DNA of 64,000 nt from a virus. Lineage: Duplodnaviria > Caudoviricetes. The stretch lies in the IMG/VR virus record IMGVR_UViG_3300022661_000051. One strand, written 5' to 3'. The position numbers and the translations under genes are program-made. The notes under the pieces were generated by a model. The model made no database searches and was not told the origin of the DNA. It was given only the letters and a program-made list of their open reading frames with translations. Positions 1-9,613 of this stretch are shown in pieces; position 1 is the first letter of the stretch; each line of letters starts with the position of its first letter.

Positions 1-955
1 TATGATTTAAAGAATCGAGAATAGCCATACCCTGAGTTTCGTTATTATAACTGTTTCCAGCTCTTGTTTTATATTCATTAGAGAGCTTGATCTTCCAATA
101 CCAGTTTCCGAACATTTCATTTATCGGTTCTTCCTTGTAATTGGATATAATTGTATATACCAAGCTCTGTGCTACCGGATTAGCATCGTATATCATTTTA
201 GGAATGCTCACATACAATCCGTTTTTACTGTCAAAGCAGTAGAACTTTGGATCTTCGTATGGAGTATCACTTATATAGATATCGTTAACACGCAAGAAAT
301 TCATCGTTCCATATATACCGAATTCAGCAAGGAAATACTTGATTGTACTAAATCTCTTTCCGAACATTTCGGAAATAAAACATTTACAATCAACAGAATC
401 CTTTTCGATTGTCTGGAGTTTGAAGTTCTTCAAGTATGTTGTAATCTTAGCCGACTGCGATTTAAAAGAAACCGCAGCATCGGCCTTCTTATTATTGCTA
501 GACGAATTATTGTATGTGCTTCCGTCTACAATCTGATAATATGCCGAATACATACATCCAGATATATAGAAATAGTATTTATCTACTATTCTAGGTATTG
601 ATATATATATCGTAATATTTCTACCTTCGCCACCAACTTCAAGATAGTAGTTTACTTCAAGAAGTGTGATAGCGGAGTCCTTAAGATCGATATAATCGTA
701 TTTATTTATCTTAATACGTTTATTCTTTCTTTTAGACTCAAGATTATGAAGAATACCATAGATCTCTCTATAGTCATCGATTACTCGATACCCTGTCACC
801 TTAATGGTGAAAAACTTGTCTCTTTGAGCGGAGAGAAGAACTTTGATTACATGATTTATAATATGCTCTTCTTTTCTATCAAAGAGGATTGGATTAAAGC
901 GTTCTCTATGAGTTTTGTTATACTCACTTAAGAACTTTGCCATCATTGACGACAT
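1..955 (-). CDS. Non-virion multisubunit RNA polymerase beta subunit, N-terminal half (partial, runs off window start)
   Basis: Not in the ORF track. ATG at 955 reads MSSMMAKFLSEYNKTHRERFNPILFDRKEE...ISIPRIVDKYYFYISGCMYSAYYQIVD, resembling the beta-N 'P...F.I.G..Y....Q' region. It is near the beta-C gene and downstream of an early-type promoter. Confidence 0.75.
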   Translation of the reverse strand, partial: MSSMMAKFLSEYNKTHRERFNPILFDRKEEHIINHVIKVLLSAQRDKFFTIKVTGYRVIDDYREIYGILHNLESKRKNKRIKINKYDYIDLKDSAITLLEVNYYLEVGGEGRNITIYISIPRIVDKYYFYISGCMYSAYYQIVDGSTYNNSSSNNKKADAAVSFKSQSAKITTYLKNFKLQTIEKDSVDCKCFISEMFGKRFSTIKYFLAEFGIYGTMNFLRVNDIYISDTPYEDPKFYCFDSKNGLYVSIPKMIYDANPVAQSLVYTIISNYKEEPINEMFGNWYWKIKLSNEYKTRAGNSYNNETQGMAILDSLNH

Positions 956-956
956 T

Positions 957-1622
957 TTAATCTCCCCTTCCTGGCACAAGAACTACAGTTACAGGACGTC
1001 CCATAGGATTGGGAACATCCGGAGAAGCATCTTCAAACGTTACTGTCATGCGAAGATCAAAATTCTTTGCAAACTCACATGCCTTATTCTTTGAAATGTC
1101 TGTACCATTAAGCTTTCTGCGATCATTATTAAACTGACCATCAAAACGATCGCTATACTTGTTTATATCGCACTTCTTATATCCAAGTGCTGTTTTAAGG
1201 CCCACAAGCAAAGGATCCTCATCTTCTGCAAATATAGGCCTATAGATATTTGCAGGATCACAGAGAAGCGATCTAGCTTCGCTCTCATAGAGTTTTGTCT
1301 GCGCCAATACCAATTCTTTTAAATTGGTAACATCGCTAAACTCTGCAGTATTTTCTGTAGAGTATTCCGACATCTGATCTTCTGTTGGCATCACAATTCT
1401 ATCAAATGCGGAATAAGGATTGTGATAATATCCGACCATTTCAGGGTCGTATGTTGTTGTTCGTATTGGGAGTACACAATTTTCTATACGAACTGCCTGA
1501 CCATTGTATAATTCTGGGTCTGGGTTTGTTATATAGGTAGAATAATCAACTACATTAACAGGTCTACCCTCAATGAATGTCTTATCGAAAACACTACCAT
1601 ATTTCATATTTCCATTTTCCAT
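957..1622 (-). CDS. Hypothetical protein
   Basis: 221-aa ORF with AGGAGG SD; directly upstream of the beta-N gene. Confidence 0.8.
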   Translation of the reverse strand: MENGNMKYGSVFDKTFIEGRPVNVVDYSTYITNPDPELYNGQAVRIENCVLPIRTTTYDPEMVGYYHNPYSAFDRIVMPTEDQMSEYSTENTAEFSDVTNLKELVLAQTKLYESEARSLLCDPANIYRPIFAEDEDPLLVGLKTALGYKKCDINKYSDRFDGQFNNDRRKLNGTDISKNKACEFAKNFDLRMTVTFEDASPDVPNPMGRPVTVVLVPGRGD

Positions 1623-1640
1623 TGTTCAAACCTCCTAAAA

Positions 1641-1668
1641 ATAAACCCTGCGGTTAAGCAGGGTTTAT
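1641..1668 (-). terminator. Intrinsic terminator hairpin
   Basis: ATAAACCCTGC-ggttaa-GCAGGGTTTAT inverted repeat after ORF 1687-2427. Confidence 0.7.
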
Positions 1669-1686
1669 TATTTTTGGTGTTATTGA

Positions 1687-2427
1687 TTAATCAATTCTGT
1701 CGATGTTGCCTTTGGCAATAGCCTTAAGCTCTTCGCCAAAGACACAAGACATCTTCTTGATGCCTTTTACAATCTCTACGCTCGCGATAGCGTATGTTAT
1801 AATATTATCATCTTCGCTTTCGCTCATTTCTTTCTTGTACGATTTTCTATCGTTGATAACGAGTTCAACGATAGTGCCTTCTTCAGCATTGCTATCGAGC
1901 CAGTTCTTAAGAGTCTCAATAGCGACTACCGCAAGGCTGTTAATAATGTCGATACTGCCGAGCATCTTTGAGTGGAGCTGACAGAGCGCGGCATTAAAAT
2001 GATGAGCAAACGGCTCAATTTTCTCGAGCTTATTTGCGTTGAAGACGTTTTTGGGTTCGATACCCTTAATGTCTTCCGGATCAAACGAAAGTCTGAAATA
2101 CCAGTTTCCTGATCCGTCTTCTTCGGAGTATTCGGAGATGCAAGCCATTACGACTTCTCCGACACTTCTCGGGTTTGTGAAGACGAGAGCAGCCTTACCA
2201 GATGCCTTCGGCTTCATAATGTCGTTTGACATGATAGATGCAATGGCTGTAAACAATGCACTATACATGTCAGTGCAGTCATTGGTCCCATCCTTAGGAT
2301 TAGTAGTGCAGTCAAGGGTGATCGGAGATGTTACTCCGTTTTCTGTGATTGTCACTTCTGACTCGACCGCCAGCTTAAAGTTGTTTGGGATATTTGTTTT
2401 TCTTATTGCGAATGTTTTCTTTTCCAT
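1687..2427 (-). CDS. Hypothetical protein (early)
   Basis: 246-aa ORF with GGAGG SD and an early-type promoter at 2504-2513. Confidence 0.8.
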   Translation of the reverse strand: MEKKTFAIRKTNIPNNFKLAVESEVTITENGVTSPITLDCTTNPKDGTNDCTDMYSALFTAIASIMSNDIMKPKASGKAALVFTNPRSVGEVVMACISEYSEEDGSGNWYFRLSFDPEDIKGIEPKNVFNANKLEKIEPFAHHFNAALCQLHSKMLGSIDIINSLAVVAIETLKNWLDSNAEEGTIVELVINDRKSYKKEMSESEDDNIITYAIASVEIVKGIKKMSCVFGEELKAIAKGNIDRID

Positions 2428-2503
2428 GGTAATGGACCTCCTGTGTTATATTAAAATGTATATGAATCGGATAAAACACTAGGTTCTATCCGATTACATT
2501 TAT

Positions 2504-2513
2504 ATGATATATA
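2504..2513 (-). promoter_or_regulatory. Putative early (virion RNAP) promoter, TATATATCAT variant
   Basis: Near-match to the TRTATATWAT motif recurring upstream of 8 transcription units. Confidence 0.45.
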
Positions 2514-2544
2514 ATTATAAGATTGTTTGAGGGAATGTTATTCT

Positions 2545-4851
2545 TTAACAATCCCCAAGATACGTGCTCTGGTTAAGATAGAACTCCTGGATAGGAATTA
2601 TCTTAGTTCCATATTTCGTAGCCTTTTCAACATTGCCACTATTATACCCAGCAAACGGTATAAGCAATATGTCTGTAGCTTTAGTTACAGATCCTTCACT
2701 ACAATCATGTCCCATGCTAGATAAACGCATCATTAATTCTGCATCTCTAATTCCAGAGAAGCGAATAACTTTGCTAGTAACCAATGGTTCCGACGATTCG
2801 TTACCATTGCTCGAAATGACATTAGTCATATTATTGTGAATAAACAAGAGATCTTTCATGAAGAGATTTCTCTGTTTCACAATAATGCCTGCAGTCTTAT
2901 AACCGATACCCTTAATACCAGATAACAACGGTAATAAAACTGCTTCGTTTAATTTTATGATGTCTCTAAGAGATACACTCTTGAGAATAGCCTTCCATTT
3001 AGTTGCAGCTATACCATCAAATCCTAAAGCTCCTATTACGGTATAATCCATAACGGGAGTTGTTAAGAAATTACGAATAGCTTGCATAAGATTATCTCCA
3101 TTTGCATCTCCAAGAAGGAAAGCTCTGTCGTAATCTATATTCATTAGATCACTGAACGATGTAAGCTTAAGTTTCTTAACAGACTCTTCAGAGAATCCCT
3201 TGAAACCAAGCTTATTGAGCATATTAGTTAATCTTGCAATAACCCTTCCAGGACATTCAAGATTTTCACATGTTACATTCAGACCCGATTCTGATAATGA
3301 TAATGACATACCACATTCAGGACAAGTCTGAATAAACTGGAAGAATGGATTCGGATTATAGTAGTTCTCTTCTACATTCGCTTTATTAATGTAAGCCATA
3401 ACGTCATTGGTATACTCTATATCAATAACATCTCCAGGCTTTAAACAAAGCTCCATAAATCTTCCATACGAATGACCAGATGATTTTGTCTGGACATTTC
3501 CGAAGAACTCAACAGGGTCATACCATAACATAGGTGTGATGTCTCCATTAGCACCAACCGTATAAGTTATGTTTCTGATACGAGTCTGTTTCTTCTTTGT
3601 GTTGAACTTTATAGCTATAGAATATCTATTAACGGAGTTCTTTCTACCCAACGCCTTTCTTATCGCTGGGTCGAGATACGATACTACGACTCCGTCATAC
3701 ATAAATGGAAGAATATCTCTCATAGCTTCAGCTTCCTCTACGAATCTCTTTACCTGAAACAAAACAGATTCATAGTTACCAGTTACAACTGCATAACGCA
3801 AACCTTCTCCAGTAGCATAGTATTTATTCATGAACTCTATCTCCTCTACTCGGTTCATGTTATCGTGAGAAGTGGCTAACGGAACTAAGGTTATATATTT
3901 AGCTAACTGTGCAGCATTGCTAGAACCAAAGATTCCTATAATTGCGTTTCTTGCATTAGCATAATTCTTACCAGTATCAACACATAACTGGTGAAGATTA
4001 TACTTATTGATTATAGCCTCGAACTTCATTCCGAACGGTTCGATTTTATAACCTCTTGCATTTACAAATGGATAACCTGCCAAGATAGGAGTTATATCTG
4101 ATGCTTTGTCAATACCCGTATCTCCTCTAGTACGAGCTGATAATACCTGATCAGTAACTTCTCCTTCTACGCTTACTCCATCATATTTAAGTTCAAGTAC
4201 GAGAGTAATGTTATTCGGATCCACATATCCTTCCTGTACGTGCTTTCTTAAAAAGTCTCTCTCGAATATTTGAACGTTGTCATTTTCATAAACTCCCTTT
4301 TCTCTTGCTTCACAGTCTAATGTAAATTTAGCCTTATCAAGAGTTCCTACGAGCTGAGGGTATTTATGCGCTGTATTTCTGAGACGCTTTGAAACTACAT
4401 TTCTATTCTCTGGCATCTCTATAACAGTATGGTCTGCACGCATGAGATTTTTGTAAAAGAACATTGATTCTCTATCAATGTTATATTTTACAAATGCAGG
4501 TTTCGGTATGCTATAGTTATTATTAACCTCCTGTATATTTACTGAACCAGCTGAATTCTGAATCTGAATCGGTTCTGCACCGACTTGATAATTTGGATTA
4601 TACTTCTTATGCTTTTCGAGCAGAAGATCGTAAATTCCGTCTTCCAATACTAATATAGATCTATCAGTATTGTTGTATATGATGTTCGATATATGGAGAA
4701 TATCTCCAATAACTTCTTTTTCAACACTTGTTAACATATCGACTGGTTTACCAAGAAGACTCAGTACAATCTGATTTGTGTTGAAAATAACATCCTGAGT
4801 AAGACAACTAGCATCGCCATTATACAGATGCTGTAAGATGTCTTTAAACAT
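2545..4851 (-). CDS. ligA: NAD+-dependent DNA ligase
   Basis: ELKYDG adenylation motif, TRGD, YANARNA, DGVVV, IAIKF, CPECG...C...C zinc finger, HhH repeats and C-terminal BRCT. Confidence 0.95.
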   Translation of the reverse strand: MFKDILQHLYNGDASCLTQDVIFNTNQIVLSLLGKPVDMLTSVEKEVIGDILHISNIIYNNTDRSILVLEDGIYDLLLEKHKKYNPNYQVGAEPIQIQNSAGSVNIQEVNNNYSIPKPAFVKYNIDRESMFFYKNLMRADHTVIEMPENRNVVSKRLRNTAHKYPQLVGTLDKAKFTLDCEAREKGVYENDNVQIFERDFLRKHVQEGYVDPNNITLVLELKYDGVSVEGEVTDQVLSARTRGDTGIDKASDITPILAGYPFVNARGYKIEPFGMKFEAIINKYNLHQLCVDTGKNYANARNAIIGIFGSSNAAQLAKYITLVPLATSHDNMNRVEEIEFMNKYYATGEGLRYAVVTGNYESVLFQVKRFVEEAEAMRDILPFMYDGVVVSYLDPAIRKALGRKNSVNRYSIAIKFNTKKKQTRIRNITYTVGANGDITPMLWYDPVEFFGNVQTKSSGHSYGRFMELCLKPGDVIDIEYTNDVMAYINKANVEENYYNPNPFFQFIQTCPECGMSLSLSESGLNVTCENLECPGRVIARLTNMLNKLGFKGFSEESVKKLKLTSFSDLMNIDYDRAFLLGDANGDNLMQAIRNFLTTPVMDYTVIGALGFDGIAATKWKAILKSVSLRDIIKLNEAVLLPLLSGIKGIGYKTAGIIVKQRNLFMKDLLFIHNNMTNVISSNGNESSEPLVTSKVIRFSGIRDAELMMRLSSMGHDCSEGSVTKATDILLIPFAGYNSGNVEKATKYGTKIIPIQEFYLNQSTYLGDC

Positions 4852-4874
4852 CGCAAGACCTCCTTATATTTTTA

Positions 4875-5453
4875 TTATGCTGCCATCTCAGACAACAACT
4901 CAGGAGAATTTATATATGTCTTGATATTAGTAAGCATTTCATAATAGAATCTCTTTCTATTGAAGCAGTACTTAATAAGAAGATTTGTAATTCTCTTGAC
5001 CATTCTTGCAAACTTATGAACGATATATGCAAGGGTTTTCTTGATATTGGTAAAAATACCTTTGTTTTCGTTCATTACGACAGTTCTTCTTGAGAAGAAC
5101 TTACCTTTTTTACAAGATACACTCGGACCCTGATAAACAGCCTCGGCCCTCTTTGTACGATAGCGATGCTTGTTTTCATGAATCACTTTCTGTGACATCT
5201 CATAAAGAGACTCGTTGATGAATTTAAGAATTTTTGTAAGGAAGTAGCGTAATCTGCCATAACTGATATCAAAGTACCAGCAAAGCTGTTCTACGCTCAT
5301 ATGCTCCTTATACTGCTTCATCACGACTGATTTAATATCGAGAACTTCTCCGTACTGGTTAACGAGGCGATAACCGTCACTCTTTGTTGTTCTCTTCTTT
5401 CCATTTTTGGATTTGCCCAACGATCTTCTGATTCTTAACGCTTTCATAATCAT
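4875..5453 (-). CDS. Basic hypothetical protein, possible HTH DNA-binding protein
   Basis: 192-aa K/R-rich ORF; MSVEQLCWYFDISYGRLRYFL resembles an HTH. Confidence 0.55.
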   Translation of the reverse strand: MIMKALRIRRSLGKSKNGKKRTTKSDGYRLVNQYGEVLDIKSVVMKQYKEHMSVEQLCWYFDISYGRLRYFLTKILKFINESLYEMSQKVIHENKHRYRTKRAEAVYQGPSVSCKKGKFFSRRTVVMNENKGIFTNIKKTLAYIVHKFARMVKRITNLLIKYCFNRKRFYYEMLTNIKTYINSPELLSEMAA

Positions 5454-5459
5454 TCTCCT

Positions 5460-5912
5460 TTATCGTTTATTTTTAGGAAGCGTGTATACCACTATCTCTA
5501 TATCAGTATTATCAAATACTGTAAGAATAGCAGTCTTCACATCTTTCCATTTTAACTTATCTAAACCGCAACCTATTCGAGGCATTGCGATCTTCTTAAT
5601 ATTAAGCTCTGTACAGACCTTCTTCATATCCGACAAAGCAAACACCAAAGAACCAAACATTGGTTTGTTATAATAGTAAACTTTGGTAATGAGATTTAAT
5701 ATTGTTCTATTCTCGTGCTGAGTTGGTGCACAAGATCCGATTTTTATTGTACAATAACGATAGGTATTATATAAATCGTTTCTACAATTGAACCTTTTAT
5801 CAAACTCTTTAGCTATTCCAGCTCCAAGAGCAAAATCTGCACTTATACAATGTGCAAGTGCATAAGATTCGGGGACCTCAAAAAGGTCCCCGATTTCTTC
5901 TCGGAATATCAT
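5460..5912 (-). CDS. Macrodomain protein (TARG1/OARD1/Poa1p-like ADP-ribosylhydrolase)
   Basis: GDLF, LAHCISADFALGAGIAKEF, NLITK, AMPRIGCGLDKLKW. Start refined to ATG 5912, with its SD (GAGGAGG) in the end of the upstream gene. Confidence 0.9.
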   Translation of the reverse strand: MIFREEIGDLFEVPESYALAHCISADFALGAGIAKEFDKRFNCRNDLYNTYRYCTIKIGSCAPTQHENRTILNLITKVYYYNKPMFGSLVFALSDMKKVCTELNIKKIAMPRIGCGLDKLKWKDVKTAILTVFDNTDIEIVVYTLPKNKR

Positions 5913-5916
5913 AATA

Positions 5917-8076
5917 TTATTCCTCCTCTTTATTTTCAACCTTAATGAACGCAGGTACTTTAGGTCCAACCCTTTGGACAGGATTTATGCGTTCATGGCT
6001 AACTCTTAAAACAGGATTTACAAATTTAATAAATGCGGGCTTAAATCTCTTAAGTTTCTTAATAAACTTCAAAGCAAGTCCCATTGTTTTAAGACTACAG
6101 TTAAACTTTTCGACGGATCTTGATTTAGCGTCTGGATCAAGATGAACGTCTACGGTATATGGATCTCCTGTAAGAAGCTCAGATACTGATCTTCTTCCGA
6201 CAGGAGATGTGCTATACTTTAACAAATTAATCGCCCAAATTTCAGCTCCAAGCTGTATACCGATGTTTGTTTCCATTTCTCCCATTCTAATTGGTGTACT
6301 GGAATGAACTTCAGTATATTCTTTTGATGCGCGAGATTTTGTATTTTCGCCACGAATATTTGTAGCACTAAGACTCGTAGCAGAATGCTTTTCTTCAGCA
6401 CACTGTTTAAGTCTATATACATACTGAGCCGCACAAACGGATGATTTATTTGTCAGAATGTATCTGTAATTACCATTGGATCCCTTCTGAGGAACAACAA
6501 GTTTCTGAGGTTTAATCCAAGGGAAGTTCTGATACAATCTTCTAATTGTATCGAGATCTGCACATTCCGAAATAGGTTTTGCACTGATATACAATCCCTC
6601 TTCGGTAGCAATTTCTTTGATTAAGACCACCAACTCATCTTCATCCAGGCTGTTAATGAATTCTTTGAACGAATTCGCATACTCTGGTGAAATGACATCA
6701 TAAAATTTGATGATCATATCGACACATTCATCTATATGAAGACAATTAGTATCGATAAAACTTACGATATGCTTTGAGATATAGTTAAGAGATAACTCTA
6801 CCAACTGCATCACATTTAATCTGTTGTGGCATGTGGCGAAATTCCATATCAATTCCATATGGTCGCCGTTTTGAAATGCTGGCATAAGATGATCAGGCCT
6901 TACTTCAGCAACAACACCTTTTCCTCCACATCTATTAGAGATCTTGTCTCCTTGATCAAGAGGATTGGTAGCTAATACATATATTTCAACTTTCATATTT
7001 GAAAAGACCTTACCGTCTATTATATACTGAGCACCGGATAATTTCTTCTCGCAGATATCATACATCTGTGAAAGTTTATAGGACTTATGATAATTCGTAT
7101 TGTCGATATATGGTCTCAGAACTTCAACGAATTCTTGACAGAATCTTCTATCTTCTTCAATATAATATCGAAGCTGACCATCATAACAACTTTCATCTTC
7201 TCCCAGCGGTTTATTTGAATACACATTAATATCCATAACCCTAGCATCTACATCTGGTATCTTATATGTGATATCCGATATCATGGGTTTTGACAGTCTG
7301 TGCATTGCCTGGGAGAAAAACATCTCGTCTTTATTTTCTTTTCTGACACCTCCAAGTATACCGTTTTTAATATACTCTCCGACGTCAGGGAAAATTTTAT
7401 ACGTCTTACTGTCTCCGTATAAGTTAAGAGGAATATCGTTATCGTTGATAATGATTTCGACTTTCTTTATAGCAGGAGCAGCTAATTTCTTTGCAGCAGA
7501 TTCTGATATAACAACAGGATCTTCTGTATTAATAGCGAGAGCCATATATCCGCATCGGAGATTTACTCCATCCATATGATTCTCTTCACTGTCGAACGAT
7601 GTTGATGTTCGTAATGTATAATCATTAGGAATAGTGTCACCAACATTGAGGCAGTCCATTTTTGAGGTATTGTATAAATACCCGTAAGTTTCTGTTTGGT
7701 GATGATATGATACACGTTCAAACATATCAAGATCACCGTTCTGATTCATCACTATCAAATAATAGTGATGACCGGGAAGTTTTGAATACTTTTCAATCTT
7801 TGCAAGTATTGTCCATTCGCATTCAGTTTTAATCAATGATGCTGAATGTCTTGCAAATTCGGCTTCATAACCAGTGCCGAATAACGGAACTTCCGGGTTT
7901 AGAAGTTCAATTCTGTGAGTTGATTGTGTCGAGAACATTATTTTTCTCGACGAACTGTTCAATGGTTCGCAAGGTTGATTAAGACCGACACCAAGTATTT
8001 TTTCCATGTTGCCATTAAACTTAGCTCGGGCTTTATCTAACTGGTCTTCTATTGAAGGATCGTGGTAAATCTTCAT
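5917..8076 (-). CDS. Non-virion RNA polymerase beta subunit, C-terminal half
   Basis: NSSSRKIMF, EDPVVISES, GDKISNRCGGKGVV (catalytic lysines), YVYRLKQ, RMGEME; preceded by an early promoter. Confidence 0.92.
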   Translation of the reverse strand: MKIYHDPSIEDQLDKARAKFNGNMEKILGVGLNQPCEPLNSSSRKIMFSTQSTHRIELLNPEVPLFGTGYEAEFARHSASLIKTECEWTILAKIEKYSKLPGHHYYLIVMNQNGDLDMFERVSYHHQTETYGYLYNTSKMDCLNVGDTIPNDYTLRTSTSFDSEENHMDGVNLRCGYMALAINTEDPVVISESAAKKLAAPAIKKVEIIINDNDIPLNLYGDSKTYKIFPDVGEYIKNGILGGVRKENKDEMFFSQAMHRLSKPMISDITYKIPDVDARVMDINVYSNKPLGEDESCYDGQLRYYIEEDRRFCQEFVEVLRPYIDNTNYHKSYKLSQMYDICEKKLSGAQYIIDGKVFSNMKVEIYVLATNPLDQGDKISNRCGGKGVVAEVRPDHLMPAFQNGDHMELIWNFATCHNRLNVMQLVELSLNYISKHIVSFIDTNCLHIDECVDMIIKFYDVISPEYANSFKEFINSLDEDELVVLIKEIATEEGLYISAKPISECADLDTIRRLYQNFPWIKPQKLVVPQKGSNGNYRYILTNKSSVCAAQYVYRLKQCAEEKHSATSLSATNIRGENTKSRASKEYTEVHSSTPIRMGEMETNIGIQLGAEIWAINLLKYSTSPVGRRSVSELLTGDPYTVDVHLDPDAKSRSVEKFNCSLKTMGLALKFIKKLKRFKPAFIKFVNPVLRVSHERINPVQRVGPKVPAFIKVENKEEE

Positions 8077-8104
8077 TTTTACACTCCTTTTCTATAACGT
8101 GCGC

Positions 8105-8125
8105 GGGTAGAGTAAAACTCTACCC
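8105..8125 (-). terminator. Hairpin/terminator between recA and beta-C
   Basis: GGGTAGAGT-aaa-ACTCTACCC. Confidence 0.5.
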
Positions 8126-8136
8126 ACATCACCTCT

Positions 8137-8146
8137 ATAATATATA
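8137..8146 (-). promoter_or_regulatory. Putative early promoter TATATATTAT
   Basis: Exact motif upstream of non-virion RNAP beta-C, which must be an early gene. Confidence 0.6.
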
Positions 8147-8159
8147 AACTTATTTTTCT

Positions 8160-9431
8160 TTACGTTACTTGAGTTATTCCGTACGACTGGTTGATCATTC
8201 CGATCATCTCGCTCGCAGTATCAATCTTACAAGTCTCGGCAAAAGCTACCTGTTCTTTATGCAGAGATGCCTTTAAGAAGTCAATACACTCTTCATAGTA
8301 GTAACGTCTGAATTCTTCATCTTCAAAAATCTTACTCTTGAAATTCTTCTGAGCAAATTTCTTATCTGAATGAAGACCGATATACAAGAACGCACCGGCA
8401 CCGTTAATTCGACCATTATCTTTCAATGTGATAAGCATTGAAAGTTCTGGATCGAAACCGATATCCTGATTGAATACAAGGCGAGTCATAGCGCCTGCAC
8501 GATTTGTTCTTGATTTTACAAGTGTAACTTCTACAATACTTCCAGCAATGTCAAGATCTTTACCCTCGCTGAGTTTATTACCGTCGTCGAGTCTAAATAC
8601 ATTATTGTATGTATAGAACGGAGTTACACCTCCAGGACAAGTCTCATCTGGCTTGAGATAGATATTCTGAGACTTTGTATGTACGAATGAATTAATTTCA
8701 ATCTTAGTGGTAATATGATTGATAACGAAGACAATAATATTAGCTGCCTTAAGAAGAGGTACAATTCTTCTGAAGATACCAGCAATCATCTTCGCTGCCG
8801 CTGTAGCGCTCATCTGTCCAGAAAGTTCTTCTTCTTCAGTAACTTTCTTAGGCATAAGCATAGCAAGAGAATCGAGAATATATACAGTAGGTTGGAACTT
8901 AAATATTCTGTTTCCTCTTGAGTCGAAAAGACCAGTATCATATCTGAACTTGTCTGGATTTGCAGTCTTAATATCGTAAATCATTTTAATTCTCTTATAG
9001 AACGACTCAGCCGTTACACCAGCATTACGAATAAGAACTTTCTTTTCGAGTTCCTGAGGACTAAATCTTGTAAGGATTTCGTTACGGCGATGAACCATAC
9101 CACCTTCAACAGAGTCTTCGAAAATAAGACCTTCAGGAAACTGTCTTACAATATTAGCAGCCATCTGTTTTACGATTGTAGATTTACCACAACCAGATCT
9201 TCCGATAAATGCATTGATAGAACCGTCTACAATACCGAAAGAGTCATAGTCGAACACGCGACCATTATCAGGGTCATTTACATGAACACGCTGTCCATTG
9301 AGAAAATCGAGATTAAGAAATCCGGTAGGATATAATACATCGAATTCCGCTTCCTGACTCATTTCATAATCTTTGTCTTTTTTAGCAGTAACTCTAAATT
9401 CATCCATTAGAAATGAAGTAGTATTACTCAT
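8160..9431 (-). CDS. RecA/UvsX-like recombinase
   Basis: YPTGFLNLD, Walker A GRSGCGKST, Walker B YILDSLA, IVFVINHI, CPGG. Confidence 0.9.
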   Translation of the reverse strand: MSNTTSFLMDEFRVTAKKDKDYEMSQEAEFDVLYPTGFLNLDFLNGQRVHVNDPDNGRVFDYDSFGIVDGSINAFIGRSGCGKSTIVKQMAANIVRQFPEGLIFEDSVEGGMVHRRNEILTRFSPQELEKKVLIRNAGVTAESFYKRIKMIYDIKTANPDKFRYDTGLFDSRGNRIFKFQPTVYILDSLAMLMPKKVTEEEELSGQMSATAAAKMIAGIFRRIVPLLKAANIIVFVINHITTKIEINSFVHTKSQNIYLKPDETCPGGVTPFYTYNNVFRLDDGNKLSEGKDLDIAGSIVEVTLVKSRTNRAGAMTRLVFNQDIGFDPELSMLITLKDNGRINGAGAFLYIGLHSDKKFAQKNFKSKIFEDEEFRRYYYEECIDFLKASLHKEQVAFAETCKIDTASEMIGMINQSYGITQVT

Positions 9432-9466
9432 AATAAACCTCCTAATTATGCCTGAATAGGCTAGAT

Positions 9467-9478
9467 TATTAATAAGTT
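9467..9478 (-). promoter_or_regulatory. Putative late/nvRNAP promoter AACT-N6-TA
   Basis: AACT TATTAA TA upstream of the recA-like gene; one of 22 matches. Confidence 0.6.
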
Positions 9479-9499
9479 AAGCATAGTGTAATGTTTTAA

Positions 9500-9595
9500 C
9501 AGGGAAAACGGCTGCAGGATTTAACCTGCAGCCGTTCCCAAAACCATATTGTTCGAAAGAGATGATACAATGAAAAATTGAGGTTACTTATCCTC
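9500..9595 (-). ncRNA. Putative ~95-nt small RNA with an anti-SD/anti-AUG segment
   Basis: Promoter AACT-N6-TG (9595-9606), 5' hairpin GAGG...CCUC, single-stranded UUUUUCAUUGUAUCAUCUCUUUC, GC-rich terminator 9502-9539, no ORF. Confidence 0.5.
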
Positions 9596-9613
9596 AATAT
9601 ATAGTTATAACCA

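Noticed and set aside
9570-9581. Plus-strand gene start GAAAGAGA...ATGAAA
   Set aside because: Stops after three codons; better explained as the antisense segment of a minus-strand RNA
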